A stretch of 64,000 bases of DNA, taken from assembly GCA_964106645.2 (NCBI GenBank), contig OZ067050.1, one strand, 5' to 3'. The notes beneath the pieces were generated by a model. The model had not been told where the DNA came from. It searched no databases and saw nothing but the letters and a program-made list of their open reading frames with translations. The number at the start of each line of letters is the position of its first letter. Position 1 is the first letter of the stretch. Positions 39,004-51,559 of the stretch are shown here, piece by piece. Made by a program: the position numbers and the translations under genes. Source of the DNA: Podarcis pityusensis. Taxonomy: Eukaryota.

Positions 39004-39497
39004 CAGTGGTACCTTGGTTCTCAAACTTAATCTGTTCCAGAAGTCTGTTCCAAAACCAAGGTGGCTTTCCCATGGAAAGTAATGCAAAATGGATTAATCC
39101 GTTCCACACTTTTAAAAACAACCCCTAAAACAGCAATTGAACATGAATTTTAACGAGACCATTGATCCATAAAATGAAAGCAATAAACAATGTACTGCAG
39201 TCACACAATCAATCAATCAATCAATCAATCAATCTATCTATCAGTAGCTGAACTGGGGTCCACACAGTCACAAAAAAAGAGCCGCAAAAACAAAACGCAA
39301 AATAAATAGCAAAAACAGACAGACCTCAGTGTAACACTCAAAACGGAAGCGTAACACTCAAAACGGAAGCGTAACACTCAAAACAGAGCATGTTCGGCTT
39401 CCGAAAAAAGTCCACAAACTGGAACACTTCCGAGCTTGCAGTGTTTGGGTTCCAAATTGTTTGAGTACCAAGGTGTTTGAGAACCAAGGTACCATTG
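39004..39497. mobile_element. Tigger-like MITE with internal (TCAA)n and 20-bp tandem repeats
   Basis: TIR CAGTGGTACCTTGGTTCTCAAAC; GTAACACTCAAAACGGAAGC about three times at 39331-39390. Confidence 0.82.
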
Positions 39498-39883
39498 TAA
39501 TGCAAAGTGGATCATTCATGAAAAAAAATGGACCCTGGCCAAAATGGTCAGTAACTTCTATATGGACTTTTTATATAGACACTCAACAAATACAAGTCAG
39601 GGTTAGGGTTGGCGGGGGGGGGGGAGGGAACCAAACAAACCTAAGTCAGACCAACTATCTTCACTCATTGTTGAACTTCACTCATGTCTTCATAATATAA
39701 TATTTTTTTAAAATTTATATCCCGCCCATCTGGCTGGGTTTCCCCAGCCTCTCTTGGCGGCTTACAACATATATAAAAACACAACAAAACATCAAGCATT
39801 AAAAAACAAAATATCCTATACAAGCAATATACAAACCAATAAATCAATAAAAACCAATAATAATAACAAACAGTTTACAGTTA

Positions 39884-40044
39884 CAGATAGGTAGCCGTGT
39901 TGGTCTGCCATAGTCAAAATAAAAAAAATCCTTCCAGTAGCACCTTTAAGACCAACTAAGTTAGTTCTTGGTATGAGCTTTCGTGTGCAAGCACACGAAA
40001 GCTCATACCAAGAACTAACTTAGTTGGTCTTAAAGGTGCTACTG
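39884..40044. mobile_element. Penelope-like insertion with inverted terminal duplication
   Basis: 16-bp TSD AAACAGTTTACAGTTA; perfect 54-bp inverted repeat. Confidence 0.8.
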
Positions 40045-40538
40045 AAACAGTTTACAGTTATACCCAAATTAAAAGAACAGCCAACCCCAGCTAAACATTT
40101 AACCGACACCAACCTGACAAAAATGAAACAGGGGAACCAAAATTAGAACCATTTAAAACATTTTAAAACTTTTTAGCCAGTTGCCCCAACCCCGAGAATT
40201 GTTCCAGCAATGTCCCTCCGGCCTCCCAGGAGCCTCTTTTAGCTGTTAAAGGTGAGTCTGGGCTCCGCCCCCTAGGCCAGGTGAAAATGGGCCTTGCTCT
40301 TCCTTCCAGCTGTAGTCTTCATCCCACACAAAGTGTTAAAGGATTATTCAGGTGTGCATGTTGTGACTGGGAGGGAAAGTACTAAAAGGATGACCATTTT
40401 AATAGCAGGTTCCAATAGTTCAGTAAGGCTCATGTTGTAAATGTTACACAATGATGGGGGTATTTATCTGGTATATCTATTTGCTCACAGCTCATACTAA
40501 ACTGATTCAGCCACAAAGTTTTCAGATTTGAAAAGTAC

Positions 40539-41511
40539 CTGAATGGAGCTGACAGGGGTTTGAAAGCATTTTTCTTCAGTGTGGGATGGTAGTCTAAACA
40601 AACCATAAGCAGGTTGGTTTTTATATTCAGTGAGGTAATAAGTAGGGACTGTAGATGGACGATTGGTTGAACTCTTTTGTGGATTAGTTGTGATGATTGG
40701 CATGGTATTTCTGTTGAATGGTTTCTCTACATGCTTTAAGTTCTACATCCCCTTCATCTGCCAGTTTCTTGCACTTCTCTGTTATTGCGCTAAAGGTCTC
40801 CTCGCTCGTTTCACTGTGTGGTTCCATAATTCCTAGGAACTCTTGTTTATGTGCTTTCTTTTTCATTACATCTAACTTTACAGATATGGGATGCGGGTGG
40901 TGCTGTGATGTAAACCACTGAGCCTTGGGCTTGCCAATCGGAAGGTTGGCGGTTCGAATCCCCGCGACGGGGTGAGCTCCCGTTGCTCGGTCCCTGCTCC
41001 TGCCAACCTAGCAGTTTGAAAGCATGTCAATGTGCAAGTAGATAAATAGGTACCGCTCCTGCGGGAAGGTAAATGGCGTTTCCGTGCGCTGCTCTGGTTC
41101 GCCAGAAGCAGCTTAGTCATGCTGGCCACAGGACCCGGAAAAACTGTCTGCGGACAAACGTCGGCTCCCTTGGTCAGTAAAGTGAGATGAGCGCCGCAAC
41201 CCCAGAGTTGTTCACGACTGGACTTAACTGTCAGGGGTCCTTTACGTTTACAAATGGCAGAGCTTGTGACTGGCTGTAGCATCAAACATTTGCTTATGAC
41301 CACAGGACAAATACTAAACATCAATGTCCTCAATGAACACAACAACTGGTACAAAAATTGTCTTGGTATTGCTTGATCCTGCTAATTGTTTCAGCTGCAA
41401 GATAATGTTTGTGCAATTTTCTGCAAAAACATGGATACTCTTGTATTTTTTAGTCCACCAAGCTTCACATAGCATTGGTATGTTGGGTAACAGATGCCAT
41501 CTTTAGATACC
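40539..41511 (-). pseudogene. Exon remnant (VSKDGICYPTYQCYVKLGGLKNTRVSMF/AENCTNIILQLK...TIFVPVVVFIEDID...[SINE]...KLDVMKKKAHKQEFLG...)
   Basis: Acceptor TTTTTCCCCCTGCAAG ending at 41512; split by a Sauria SINE at 40888-41250; CAG|GTACTT at 40538. Confidence 0.6.
40888..41250 (+). mobile_element. Sauria SINE inserted in a pseudogene exon
   Basis: Full-length SINE; flanks TTTACAGAT and TTTACAAAT. Confidence 0.92.
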
Positions 41512-41771
41512 CTTGCAGGGGGAAAAAAATATTTTAATTGTGCCAGTTCTATTATGCACATCACTTACACTGTTCAGATAATTTACAGGGAGAATAAGTC
41601 TAAGGAATAAGCAAAGGACAAAGGTGGTTTTAGAGTAGATTGCCCTGATTTGTGCTTGAACATCACCTCCTTTTCCTGCCATGGTCATATCCTTTGTCTG
41701 ACCTTTTCCCCAACCTGCTGTAGAACAAAATTAGAATCCCATTGGCCAGTTGGTGGAGCCACCCTATAGGG

Positions 41772-42005
41772 CATGGGTAGGCAAACTAAGGCCAGATCTG
41801 GCCCCATCACCTTCTAAATCCAGTCCAGGAATCAGTGTGTTTTTACATGAGTAGAATGTGTTCTTTTATTTAAAATGCATCTCTGGGTTATTTGTGGGGC
41901 ATAGGTATTTGTTCATTTTTTTCTTCAAAATATAGTCCGCCCCCCCCCCCCAAGGTCTGAGGGACAGTGGACCGGCCCCCTGCTGAAAAAGTTTGCTGAC
42001 CCCTG
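41772..42005. mobile_element. hAT MITE (same family as 53388-53642)
   Basis: GGTAGGCAAAC...GTTTGCTGACCCCTG; TSD CTATAGG(G/C). Confidence 0.82.
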
Positions 42006-42175
42006 CTATAGGCCATGCCATAAACACTGGGAATTAAAATCCTTCAAATGCATTAGCTAGCAGATCCTGATGGCCCCAGAAAAGGAACGTGCTGCGTGCC
42101 CAGGGTAACACAACATTCATTTTGTTTTAAATCCATGGAACTCTGTACAGCATTGCTATAGAAGAATGTTCTTAC

Positions 42176-42543
42176 TCTACACCCTTCCTAAAGGTCTGTA
42201 TCTGCTCCCAATATTCTACAGACTATTTTTAAAACAGCCGAGAATATAAGAGTTTATTTTCTTTTGTCAGCCAAAGCATGGGATTAGTCACTCCTGTATA
42301 AATTCTATTTCGCATAGTTCATTTTTTCCAGGTGACAACCTTGCTAATTCTGTATTTATTGAAGTGGATGAGTGATGGATAGGGTGTGGTTCTATGGTTT
42401 CCTTGAGCCAGGAGTTACAGGCCCAAGAGAAAGTGTTTAGTGAAGGACAATCCTTCACCTTGTCAGCTACATCATAACAGAGATGGCCTCCCTGGCAGCG
42501 GAATGTTTCAATGCATGTTGCATGCCATAGAAAAGGCACACTG
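42176..42543 (-). pseudogene. Exon remnant (SVPFLWHATCIETFRCQGGHLC...GVTNPMLWLTKENKLLYSRLF...YWEQIQTFRKGV)
   Basis: Acceptor CTCTTTTGCAG at 42544, donor GTAAGA at 42175; in frame with both neighbouring exons. Confidence 0.65.
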
Positions 42544-42646
42544 CTGCAAAAGAGGAGTACAAATACGAAGCATGAAACAAATGAAATGATGCCTTGCGAT
42601 GGGCTGCAGTTGAGTATTTTATATGGGACTAGATTGGGTCACTTAC

Positions 42647-42897
42647 ATGGGAAGAATAAAGAACTGACCTAAGAATTGATTTGCTGGATCAGACCAAGGG
42701 TTCATGTAGTCCATTATTTTGGTGCAAGCAAGAGCCAGAGCCATAAGTTTCTGGAAGCAGAACATGGAATCATTTGCCATCCCCTTCTGTTTGTCCATCA
42801 CCAAGTGGTGCTCAGAGAGGTACATGGCCTGTTATCATGTAAGGTCCATTTAGCTGCCATGACGAGTTGTCAGAGATTCACCTCTTCTCCACATTGC
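42647..42897 (-). pseudogene. Exon remnant (...APLGDGQTEGDGK*FHVLLP / KIMDYMNPWSDPANQFLGQFFILP)
   Basis: Acceptor TTTTTTTGCCCCTCACAG ending at 42898, donor GTAAGT at 42646. Confidence 0.65.
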
Positions 42898-42973
42898 CTG
42901 TGAGGGGCAAAAAAAACCAAAACAAAACCAAAACAAAACCACACGCAAAAATTAGGCGTTGAACTTCTACATA

Positions 42974-43188
42974 CAGTGATACCTCAGGTTACATACGCTT
43001 CAGGTTACACACTCCGCTAACCCAGAAATAGTGCTTCAGGTTAAGAACTTTGCTTCAGGATGAGAACAGAAATCATGCGGCAGCAGCGGGAGACCCCATT
43101 AGCTAAAGTGGTGCTTCAGGTTAAGAACAGTTTCAGGTTAAGTACGGACCTCCGGAATTAATTAAGTACTTAACCAGAGGTACCACTG
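42974..43188. mobile_element. Tigger/pogo-like MITE
   Basis: TIRs, TA TSD. Confidence 0.88.
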
Positions 43189-43195
43189 TATGCAG

Positions 43196-43770
43196 TGTGG
43201 CAATCACACAGGGTCCTCAGACGTTTCACCGTCTATTGATCCCTGTGCCACCGCTTTATTTCTCGCTGCCACCACCCGGGCCCTACCCTGGTACAATACC
43301 CAGTCCAGTCAGGGTTAAACTGGAACATAAACTTTTGTTTATTTATGGCAGTTTAACAAGCGTGTGGTTTCATAAACGGTATTGGTCAATTACAGTCATG
43401 GGGTGCCTATCCAGACCTATAACTTCCGCTACTTGCTGTCTCTCACTAAACCACCTCTCAGATATTTCCTTGTCTTCCTAGCCCCTAACTATTCCTGGCT
43501 CAGCTTATTTCGCTACACTAACTCAACCTACCCACAAACTCTATCCCAATTCACTCCCACTCCAACCAACCTCCCAACTAACTACTCCCTATGCCCCTCC
43601 CAGAGCTGGTTTTATAGTCCCTCTGACTCCACCCCCTGGGTCCTGATTGGGTAACCTGTTTAACTATTTCACCTCCAGCACTCTCATATGTTAAAGTCAT
43701 ATGCAGTTCTTCCTAATAAACATTTTCTTAGCATCTTCTAGGTTTTCACCTCTTTGGTCATCTTGCCACT
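43196..43770 (-). mobile_element. Putative solo LTR
   Basis: TGTGGCAA...TTGCCAC inverted ends; minus-strand CCAAT, GC box, TATA and AATAAA in LTR order. Confidence 0.55.
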
Positions 43771-44867
43771 TCAGCAAGTCAGATTCAGAAAATAGAAATG
43801 TTAGTTATATGTTCTTTTTTAATTTGTGCTAAACACTTTTTGCATTTTTATTCATCATCAAGACTTTTGTTAAACGTGTTTTGCTATGAGTTTCTGGAAA
43901 CCACCTCTTAATAGAGATAGCCTGGCTTGCTTAATTGCACACCCAAAATAGGATTAGAACATAGTAGTTAAGAGAATCAGGTGATGTGAACCCCACTTAA
44001 GCTGTGAACTCAGTGGATGGCCTTGGGCATGCAGGAGTCTCTCATTCCCACATTTGAAATAGATGGAACTCATGCTGACCTTCCTTATGGTGTTGCTGTA
44101 AGGGTTATTGAGATAATAAATACAAAATGGTTTGATGTGTAGGGAGGTTAATAAAGAGCTCGTAACTTGAAAGGAGACAAAACTTGGGTGGTTATTGGCT
44201 CAAAAGAACTCCACCCATCATGAGGGTGCCTGAGTGGGAAGAAATAGGGGGGTGGAGTTGGTTATGATGGTTTGTAACACTTAGCTCAACCAATAGTTCT
44301 GTGTTGGTTTGGGCAATGAGGATAACTTGTGAGAGCCATACAGTAAAACATAGCAAGGTTTTGCAAGGTGCTAAGTAGTGGTAGCTAAGGATGTTGTCTG
44401 TGGAAGGTTGAGCATCAAAATAAAAATAACTTGTAGAGGCTTCAGTACCACATACTTTCAAGCAACTGGATAAGTTAAACCACCAAAATGGTGTCCTCCT
44501 CTGGGCAGCTGGTGGTAGGAAAACCTCTTGCCTTTTAAAGTCTAGCTTGAACTTATCAATTTAACAGTCAGATTAAGTAATCATGGCTAATAACCAACAT
44601 TTTATATTTAGTGAGGCACATGGAAAACTGTAAAGCGAGATGAGCGCCGCAACCCCAGAGTCATCTGTGACTGGACTTAACTGTCAGGGGTCCTTTACCT
44701 TTTTATGGAAGCAGATCTAAATACACCTTTTCAAACTGATTTCCCCTTTCCTTCTCTCTTGCTTGCCTTAATTACTGTGGGATAATCAGCCTCTCATAAC
44801 CAACATACTTAAGTCTAATTACTGCAAGAAAGGATTAAGACCATAGAGTAAGCTGCCTGCCAGGCTT

Positions 44868-45240
44868 AGCTCACCTTGGGAGCAACTAGGTAATCAAGTC
44901 TTTGTTCCCCTTTAGTCCACCTGAGCTCAGTCTGTGAAGAGGTTAAGCTGGTTGCTACAGCTTAGCCCCATGGCTCTAACAAGTCACTCTTTGAGTTCCT
45001 GTACCAGTGATTTAGGAACTTTCAGCACTGTAACTAAGTCAAGTTTTACTGCCTGTGCAACTTTTATTAATGCTATATGGAAAACACATGAATCTGACCT
45101 TTTGAGAATTTGTAAGTAATCCATTTTAAAATTTACTGAATGTGTTCTTTTTCTATGCTAGGGGAATAGGGAAGTTTTGGAAGGAACTTGGTCTATTTTA
45201 AAGGTCTAAAAGCCTATATTTCCATGTTTTACTTTGTTGC
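44868..45240 (+). repeat. ~370-bp dispersed repeat, copy 2
   Basis: Diverged homologue of 24988-25368. Confidence 0.75.
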
Positions 45241-45385
45241 ACATTTTGTGATTTTAAATCTCTGCTGGGGTTCTCTCACAAAAGAGTACTTGTCTCAAAC
45301 TTGGATCCTGGCATCCAGAAAATCTCCTTTCCCATGTTCTAAGCCTCCTTTCTGAAGCCGCCTTCTTCCTTGCTCTCTTCTTCTC

Positions 45386-46074
45386 TTTTTTTCAAATTTT
45401 TTAATTGATTTTCCAAATTTATAAACAAACAAACACGCGCAAATCCTAACTGTAATTACTCCTCTATTATGAACATTGTTAGGTGACTTCCTCAAATCCC
45501 CCTGGCTGAGTTTCAATGTATATCATTGTAACAGATTTCCAAAACTAATTTCTCATAAAATTTACTTAGTCGAGTAACATCTTTCTTTCTTTTCATATTA
45601 ACTTTAAACATGTTATTCTATAACATCACATATTTAAATCCTAATCCAATCTGGTACTTGCAAGTATTTCTATTTAAGTTATCTTAACATATTTAGCTAA
45701 ATAGTCTTTGAATTTCATCCATTCCTCCTGGTACTCCTCCTCCTTCTGGTTGCGGACTCTTCCAGTCAGGTCGGCTAGCTCCCAAAAGTCCATCACCTTC
45801 ATCTGCCATTCCTCCACTGTTGGGACTTCTTGTGTTTTCCATTTCTTAGCTAACAAAATCCTAGCAGCTGTTGTGGCATACAAAAACAATCTAACATCTT
45901 TCTTGGGCAATTCCAGACCTATTAATCCAAGAAGGAAGGCCTCTGGCTTCTTAATAAATGTATATTTCAACATTTTTTTCAATTCATTATAAATCTTCTC
46001 CCAGAAGTCTTTCACCTTGGGGCAGGTCCACCACATATGATAAAAGGTACCTTCTTTTTCTTTACATTTCCAAT
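45386..46074 (-). mobile_element. 5'-truncated L1 (ORF2 zinc-knuckle C-terminus plus 3' UTR)
   Basis: WKC...GTFYHMWWTCP open to the stop at 45674; 17-bp TSD CTTGCTCTCTTCTTCTC. Confidence 0.92.
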
Positions 46075-47049
46075 CTTGCTCTCTTCTTCTCAACCTGCTC
46101 CAGCCTTCCTTTCCTATCTCTGCCCCTTCTTTTTGTCTTCCGCTACTTTTGTAGGGCCTCTTGCTTCACCTGCCCACACCCTAACTGCTCCCTTTTTGTT
46201 CCATTCCTCCTCCCACTTCTTTCACCCAGGCCCTGATCCTCAGCTATACACCAGTCTGCTCTCTTCCATCAGCAACCTTGAGTCTCTGGTGTTCCGTCTG
46301 TCTGTGACATCACTGCTGCTTTGACTTTATGACATCAGCATTGCTCAACCTTTCGGTTGAGAGGCTTCATGACTGTTGCAAAATCCCCCACAGCATTACA
46401 GAGTAGCTAACCTTCATCAAGTCTAAAATAAGTTAATTTTCAACCTATGTGAAAATGTTTTGGTGAAACTACAAGCACCTCTTTACAGACTACCAGGCCT
46501 TTTCAGTCAGATGCTCCAGCCCAACAGCTGTCAAACTGACTCTCTCCCAGGAAGGCAATGTGCACAATCTTTGACATGTTCAGGCTCTGGGAAAACAGAA
46601 GGACTTCCAGAGTTGAATCCTTGAACTCTGGAGCAGTTCCTCGGTTCTCACACAGAGCCATTCCTTCTACCTTCAGTGGCTGTGCTCCACTTCCTACCAC
46701 ACAGTTAAGGAGCCATTGGAGGTCAAGTTCTCTTTAAAAAAAAGAAAAGGTAAAGGACCCCTGACAGTTAAGTCCAGGTCTTTCCAAAAGCTGGTTCTCC
46801 TCACTGTAACATAGATGCTAGGACTTTAACTGAGGAGCACAGATGAAACCCACAGGTACCAAAGGAGATCACTTTTGTCATTTGAAAATAAGTTCTACAT
46901 ATCTTTAATACAGGAGCAGCCATCTCAGTCCTTCTTTAGGATTTGGTTGCCATGGTCAGGTGGGTGAGGGAGAATAGGTTAAAAGTGCAATTGGGCAGGA
47001 TAGGAGCTATATTGGTAGAGAATGCCAACCCTGGATCCTACACTCTTTT

Positions 47050-47635
47050 TAAGAAGCAGGCAGAGTCATTGGCATAGTGCACTTGGACTTTGAAAAACTT
47101 GTGACAAAGTACCTCACCAAAGACTCCTGAGTAAGCTTAGCCATCGAGGAATAAGAGGAGAGGTCCTCTTGTGGATCAGGAATTGGTTGCAGGAAGCAAA
47201 GAGTAGGATTAAATAGACCAGGGGTTGTCAGCCTGGTCCCTACCGCCCACCAGTGGGCATTTCAGGATTCTAGGTGGGCGGTAGGGGGTTCTACGGCACA
47301 AGCTGAATCCTCCTTCCATTGAGCACTGCTGGTCAGTAAGGAAATTTTACCATCAAGAAAGATGCATTAGTGGGCAGCAGGTATAAAAAGGTTGACTACC
47401 CCTGAAATAGAAGTTCTCCAAATAGAGATAAATGGAGTCTCCTAAGGATCAGTATTGGGATCTGTGCCATTTAACTTGTTCATAAACTATCTAGAGTTGG
47501 GAGTGAGCTGTGAGGTGGCCAAGTTTGTCTGTGATACCATTTTTTTCAGGATCGTTAAAACAAAAATAGACTGCAAAGAGCTCCAAAAGGACCTCTCAAA
47601 ACTGAGTGAATGGGCAGTAAAATAGCAAATGTTTT
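47050..47635 (+). mobile_element. CR1 reverse transcriptase fragment
   Basis: LDF..DKVPHQRLL, GSVLG..FNLFIN, LQKDLSKLSEWA motifs. Confidence 0.85.
47219..47404. mobile_element. hAT MITE nested in CR1
   Basis: CAGGGG...CCCCTG termini; TSD AAATAGA(C/A). Confidence 0.8.
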
Positions 47636-48167
47636 ATGTGGGGCTGCCTTCAAAGATACCTTGAAAGATTCACTTGGTGCAGAGTGTTGCTATGAGCAGT
47701 TTGACAGATCTTGGAAGGCACAAGCAAAATCCCAAGCATATTCTTTGTTTCCTTTTCAGAAAGAATGGAAGGCTTTTTTTTTTTTTTAGTTTGCCTTTTG
47801 GTTAAATCTTTCTCGGGCAGCTGATTACTGGATTTAACTCATATTGGTTTTTATGTGCATTCATTTATTGTATTTTTATTATTGACTTGTAAACCACTCT
47901 GAGCATCTGAAAAAGCAAAATATAAATATTTCGATAAATAAACACACTGCCTTCTTTGACTATCAGTACCTCCATACATTGCTAGACTCCTTCCACCTCT
48001 GACCACTGATCCTGCTGGCTGGAGCTGGGGGCAGCTGGAAGTCCAGCATCACCAGGAGGGTTCCGGCTTCCTACCTGCGCCTCAGATAGTTTGCCCTGAC
48101 TCTGCTCAGTGCTGAAGCAATCATTGAGAACCCTGCTCTGTGTTCTTCCATCAACAGAACTACTGTA

Positions 48168-48393
48168 CAGTGGTATCTCGGCTTAAGTACTAAATTCGTT
48201 CCAGAGGTCCGTACTTAACCTGAAACTGTTCTTAACCTGAAGCACCACTTTAGCTAATGGGGTCTCCTGCTGCCGCCGCGCCACCGGAGCCCAATTTCTG
48301 TTCTCATCCTGAAGCAAAGTTCTTAACCTGAAGCAATATTTCTGGGTTAATGGAGTCTGTAACCTGAAGCGTATGTAACCCGAGGTACCACTG
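48168..48393. mobile_element. Tigger/pogo-like MITE
   Basis: TIRs, TA TSD. Confidence 0.88.
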
Positions 48394-49465
48394 TACATTA
48401 AATACTTTTCTTCTTTGGCACCAAAATTGTGCTGCTCTCTTGAAAGAGGTCCACTTCTGTTTGCCTTTTGGGGGGTCAGTGAAAACATGTTTTCTTCCAG
48501 TGCTCTTTTGGGATGTCTTTTAATTGCCTTCTTTAAAATATAAATTTATAAAATATAAGCACAACAGTAAGTTTAAAACAATGTATAACGCCTAAAAGCA
48601 TAAAGTATATGTAGAGTGATAGCTTCAGTATATTGAATGAAATTCAAATAATACAAAATAAGGGCCATTTCCTTGGCCTATCTGATATAATCATAACATT
48701 ATGGTTATTCAGAAGGCTGATGATTATCTGTTCAGGGTGGGATTTAATTGATGAAGGAAGGTGAATTCATAATGGTTTTTTTTAAAAAGAATATACAATT
48801 GTATATTATATTGAATCTTATCTTTCTAAGTGTTTATAAATGAAGCCCACTTTTCAACAGACTTGTTGTATTTTGTGTTTTGATTAGTGCTGAAATAGTA
48901 AGTAAACTTGTAAGATGTGCAGTTTCTCATAGCTTAAAATAAAATAAAAACAGAGAACATAATGTTGGACAGATCTATTACTTGGCCTCACAGTCGAATC
49001 TGAAACATTGGACTGTGAACATGAGTAAATGGGAAAGACAGTTTTTTTGGCCTCAGTCTCCATCAAAAAACCAAGTACATGCTGTTACGTAAATTACGGG
49101 GGTGTGACACATCTTTAAAGTTGTTAAATGCTACAAATATTATGCCTGAATGTATCCTTTTGACTTGACAGCTCAGGGAAGATACCTAGCTTTATAAATC
49201 ATATAAAATCAGCCCCTTTGCCAAGTTCCTCCATTCCAACGCCATTTTGCCCATGGAAAAAGGACTCTTCCCTGCCACCTCCAGTGAGGACATGTACACC
49301 CACCCCACCCAGGGAAGTGCCCAGGGGTGACAATTGCTGAGCAGTTAGTTTCCAAAAGCCCATCACTGGACTTGCCCCAGGTTATGGATGTGCAAAGGGA
49401 GCTCTATGGTGGGTACTTGAGAGGTGCCTGGACATGTTTTGCCTATGCTAATCTTGTACCAAAAA

Positions 49466-49835
49466 GGGATGTGGGTGGCGCTGCGGTCTAAACCACTGAG
49501 CCTTTTGGGCTTGCCGATCAGAAGGTTGGCGGTTCGAATCCCCGCGACGGGGTGAGCTCCCATTGCTCGGTCCCAGCTCCCGCCAACCTAGCAGTTCGAA
49601 AGCACAACAAAGTGCAAGTAGATAAATAGGTACCACTCCAGTGGGAAGGTCAACGGTGTTTCCATGCGCTGCTCTGGTTCACCAGAAGCGGCTTAGTCAT
49701 GCTGGCCACATGACCCGGAAAAACTGTCTGCAGACAAACTCTGGCTCCCTTGGCCAGTAAAGCGAGATGAGCGCTGCAACCCCAGAGTCGTCCGTGTCGG
49801 GACTTAATGGTAAGGTTCCCTTTACCTTTACCTTT
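49466..49835 (+). mobile_element. Sauria SINE
   Basis: 14-bp TSD TAATCTTGTACCAA. Confidence 0.92.
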
Positions 49836-50027
49836 TAATCTTGTACCAAGGACTTGTCTGGACATGTTGTCCAAGGTTGAACTAGTGTAACTCCTGTCTA
49901 CTCCTCCCCTTCTGTGACATGTCAGTGATGTAAAAATGATGCAACAATGATGCTGTACGAACTCTATTCTGGGATATTGTGAGAAGTTTTAAAAGTCAAT
50001 GTCGCCCCATGCTCTGGGTTCACTTAC

Positions 50028-50243
50028 TGCTGTTTGATCCTGTTGCGCAACAATAAAGGATCTAAGTCTACTGACTGCTGTTTTGTCCCAAATTACTTGG
50101 CTGGAATTTCCTTCTTTTACTGACCGCATGGACCCGCGGGGGACTTGTACTCCGATGAGCAGGGCTGTTGAGTGGTCTCTCAACCCAGAATTTTCTTTAA
50201 CAATGCTAAACAGTCACACTCGCAAAGCTAATACACTTCCACA
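50028..50243 (-). pseudogene. Candidate exon remnant (...LRDHSTALLIGVQVP/GPCGQ...)
   Basis: Strong GTAAGT donor at 50027-50022; acceptor approximate. Confidence 0.35.
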
Positions 50244-51559
50244 GCTCAGAATAAAAGACGGTTAAGTATTAATTTGTAGGATGTGTCACACCATAAGATG
50301 AATCCCTTTTCTCTTCAAAGACCTTAAATCCTTTCCCATTAACATCTGTGCTGTATTATTAGCAAACCTGTGCAGCCTGCTGTAAATAAAGGGCTCAGCA
50401 ACAGTCTTGGAGAGTAAATATTTGTCTTTCCTAAGCGCACATGCAGCAATGGTCAGTAGAGTGTTGACTTAAACTTTGCACTGCTGAGGCCTGCGCTCGA
50501 AGGGAAGGATCCAGAATGGCATTAGAATAGTCCTAAGAGTTCTTCAAAGAGTTCTCCCCCCCCCCCGCAGAACTCTCTGACCACTCACCCACCTGCTCTT
50601 CCAGACCCCCTTTCTTCTCCCAGCTGGATCCTGGCTTGCTCCGCCAATCGCACATTATCTTTATAGCCTCATTCCTTCAGTTATCTGACAGAAGCAGCAG
50701 TTGCTCCAAAGGGAGCCTGCATCTCTGCGCCTTGACATCCATTGGTCACCTTCATGGAATTCTGTGGGTGAGCAGCAGATTGATTGTGGAGCCGTTTTAT
50801 TTATTTTTTTGCTTCAAAGTGCCAATGCAGTGGGTGTAAATAAGAATGCACTCAGGCAGTCGTTTTCTGAATGTGAACAGGCATCCATCCATAAATATGT
50901 TGAAGCAGATGTGGAAAGGAAGGGCCCAGTATCTCCAGTTCTGCTCCAAGAAAGTAAACAATGAGTACAATTATGTTTTGACACTAAAAAGCACGGGATA
51001 AGCCCTTTAATTCCGCTGCCTTTCCATATAGAATATTGTACTTGTGCCCAGCCATCCACATTAAAACAAGGGCCTTTGTATCTTTACAGAACATCTTCAA
51101 GGGTGTTCCCAGCTGTGCTGGCTGCTTGTTCTTGTACAGCCTGTCCTGGTTTTATAGCCGTTAAAATGCTTTCCCTTAATCAAAGGAGAGCCAATTATCT
51201 GGGGGTGAAAAGGGTCCAAGTGTAATCTGCATCGGGGGTAACAGAGGGTTTCTGATAACACCTGTGGAACAAATTTAGTAAAGCAGACTTACCGTATTAC
51301 ATACTGTTTTCAAAATCGATTATGTTTGCGTGCTGGCCTTTGTGTAGCAATGCTTGAAGCACACAAACAAAATGTATTTGCTAAGTTCCTCAGCTGAACT
51401 GCAAATGACTCTTGGGACCTTTTTTGAAGCTTCTCCAAAGAAAATATTTTAAAAGCAATGTGTGTGAGAGTATGTGTACAGTGTTAAAAATGCTATCACA
51501 GTTGAGAACGATATCTGCCAGAAGGAGAAAAGTGTAGCACAAATAATTTAAAAGATCTG

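Noticed and set aside
39331-39390. Short direct repeats (also 2080-2195 and 16720-16810) resembling CRISPR or iterons
   Set aside because: No unique spacers, they lie inside MITEs, and the context is eukaryotic
41320-41360. VVVFIEDID on the minus strand resembles a Walker B or KAP NTPase motif
   Set aside because: No Walker A in neighbouring segments; treated as part of the uncharacterised pseudogene
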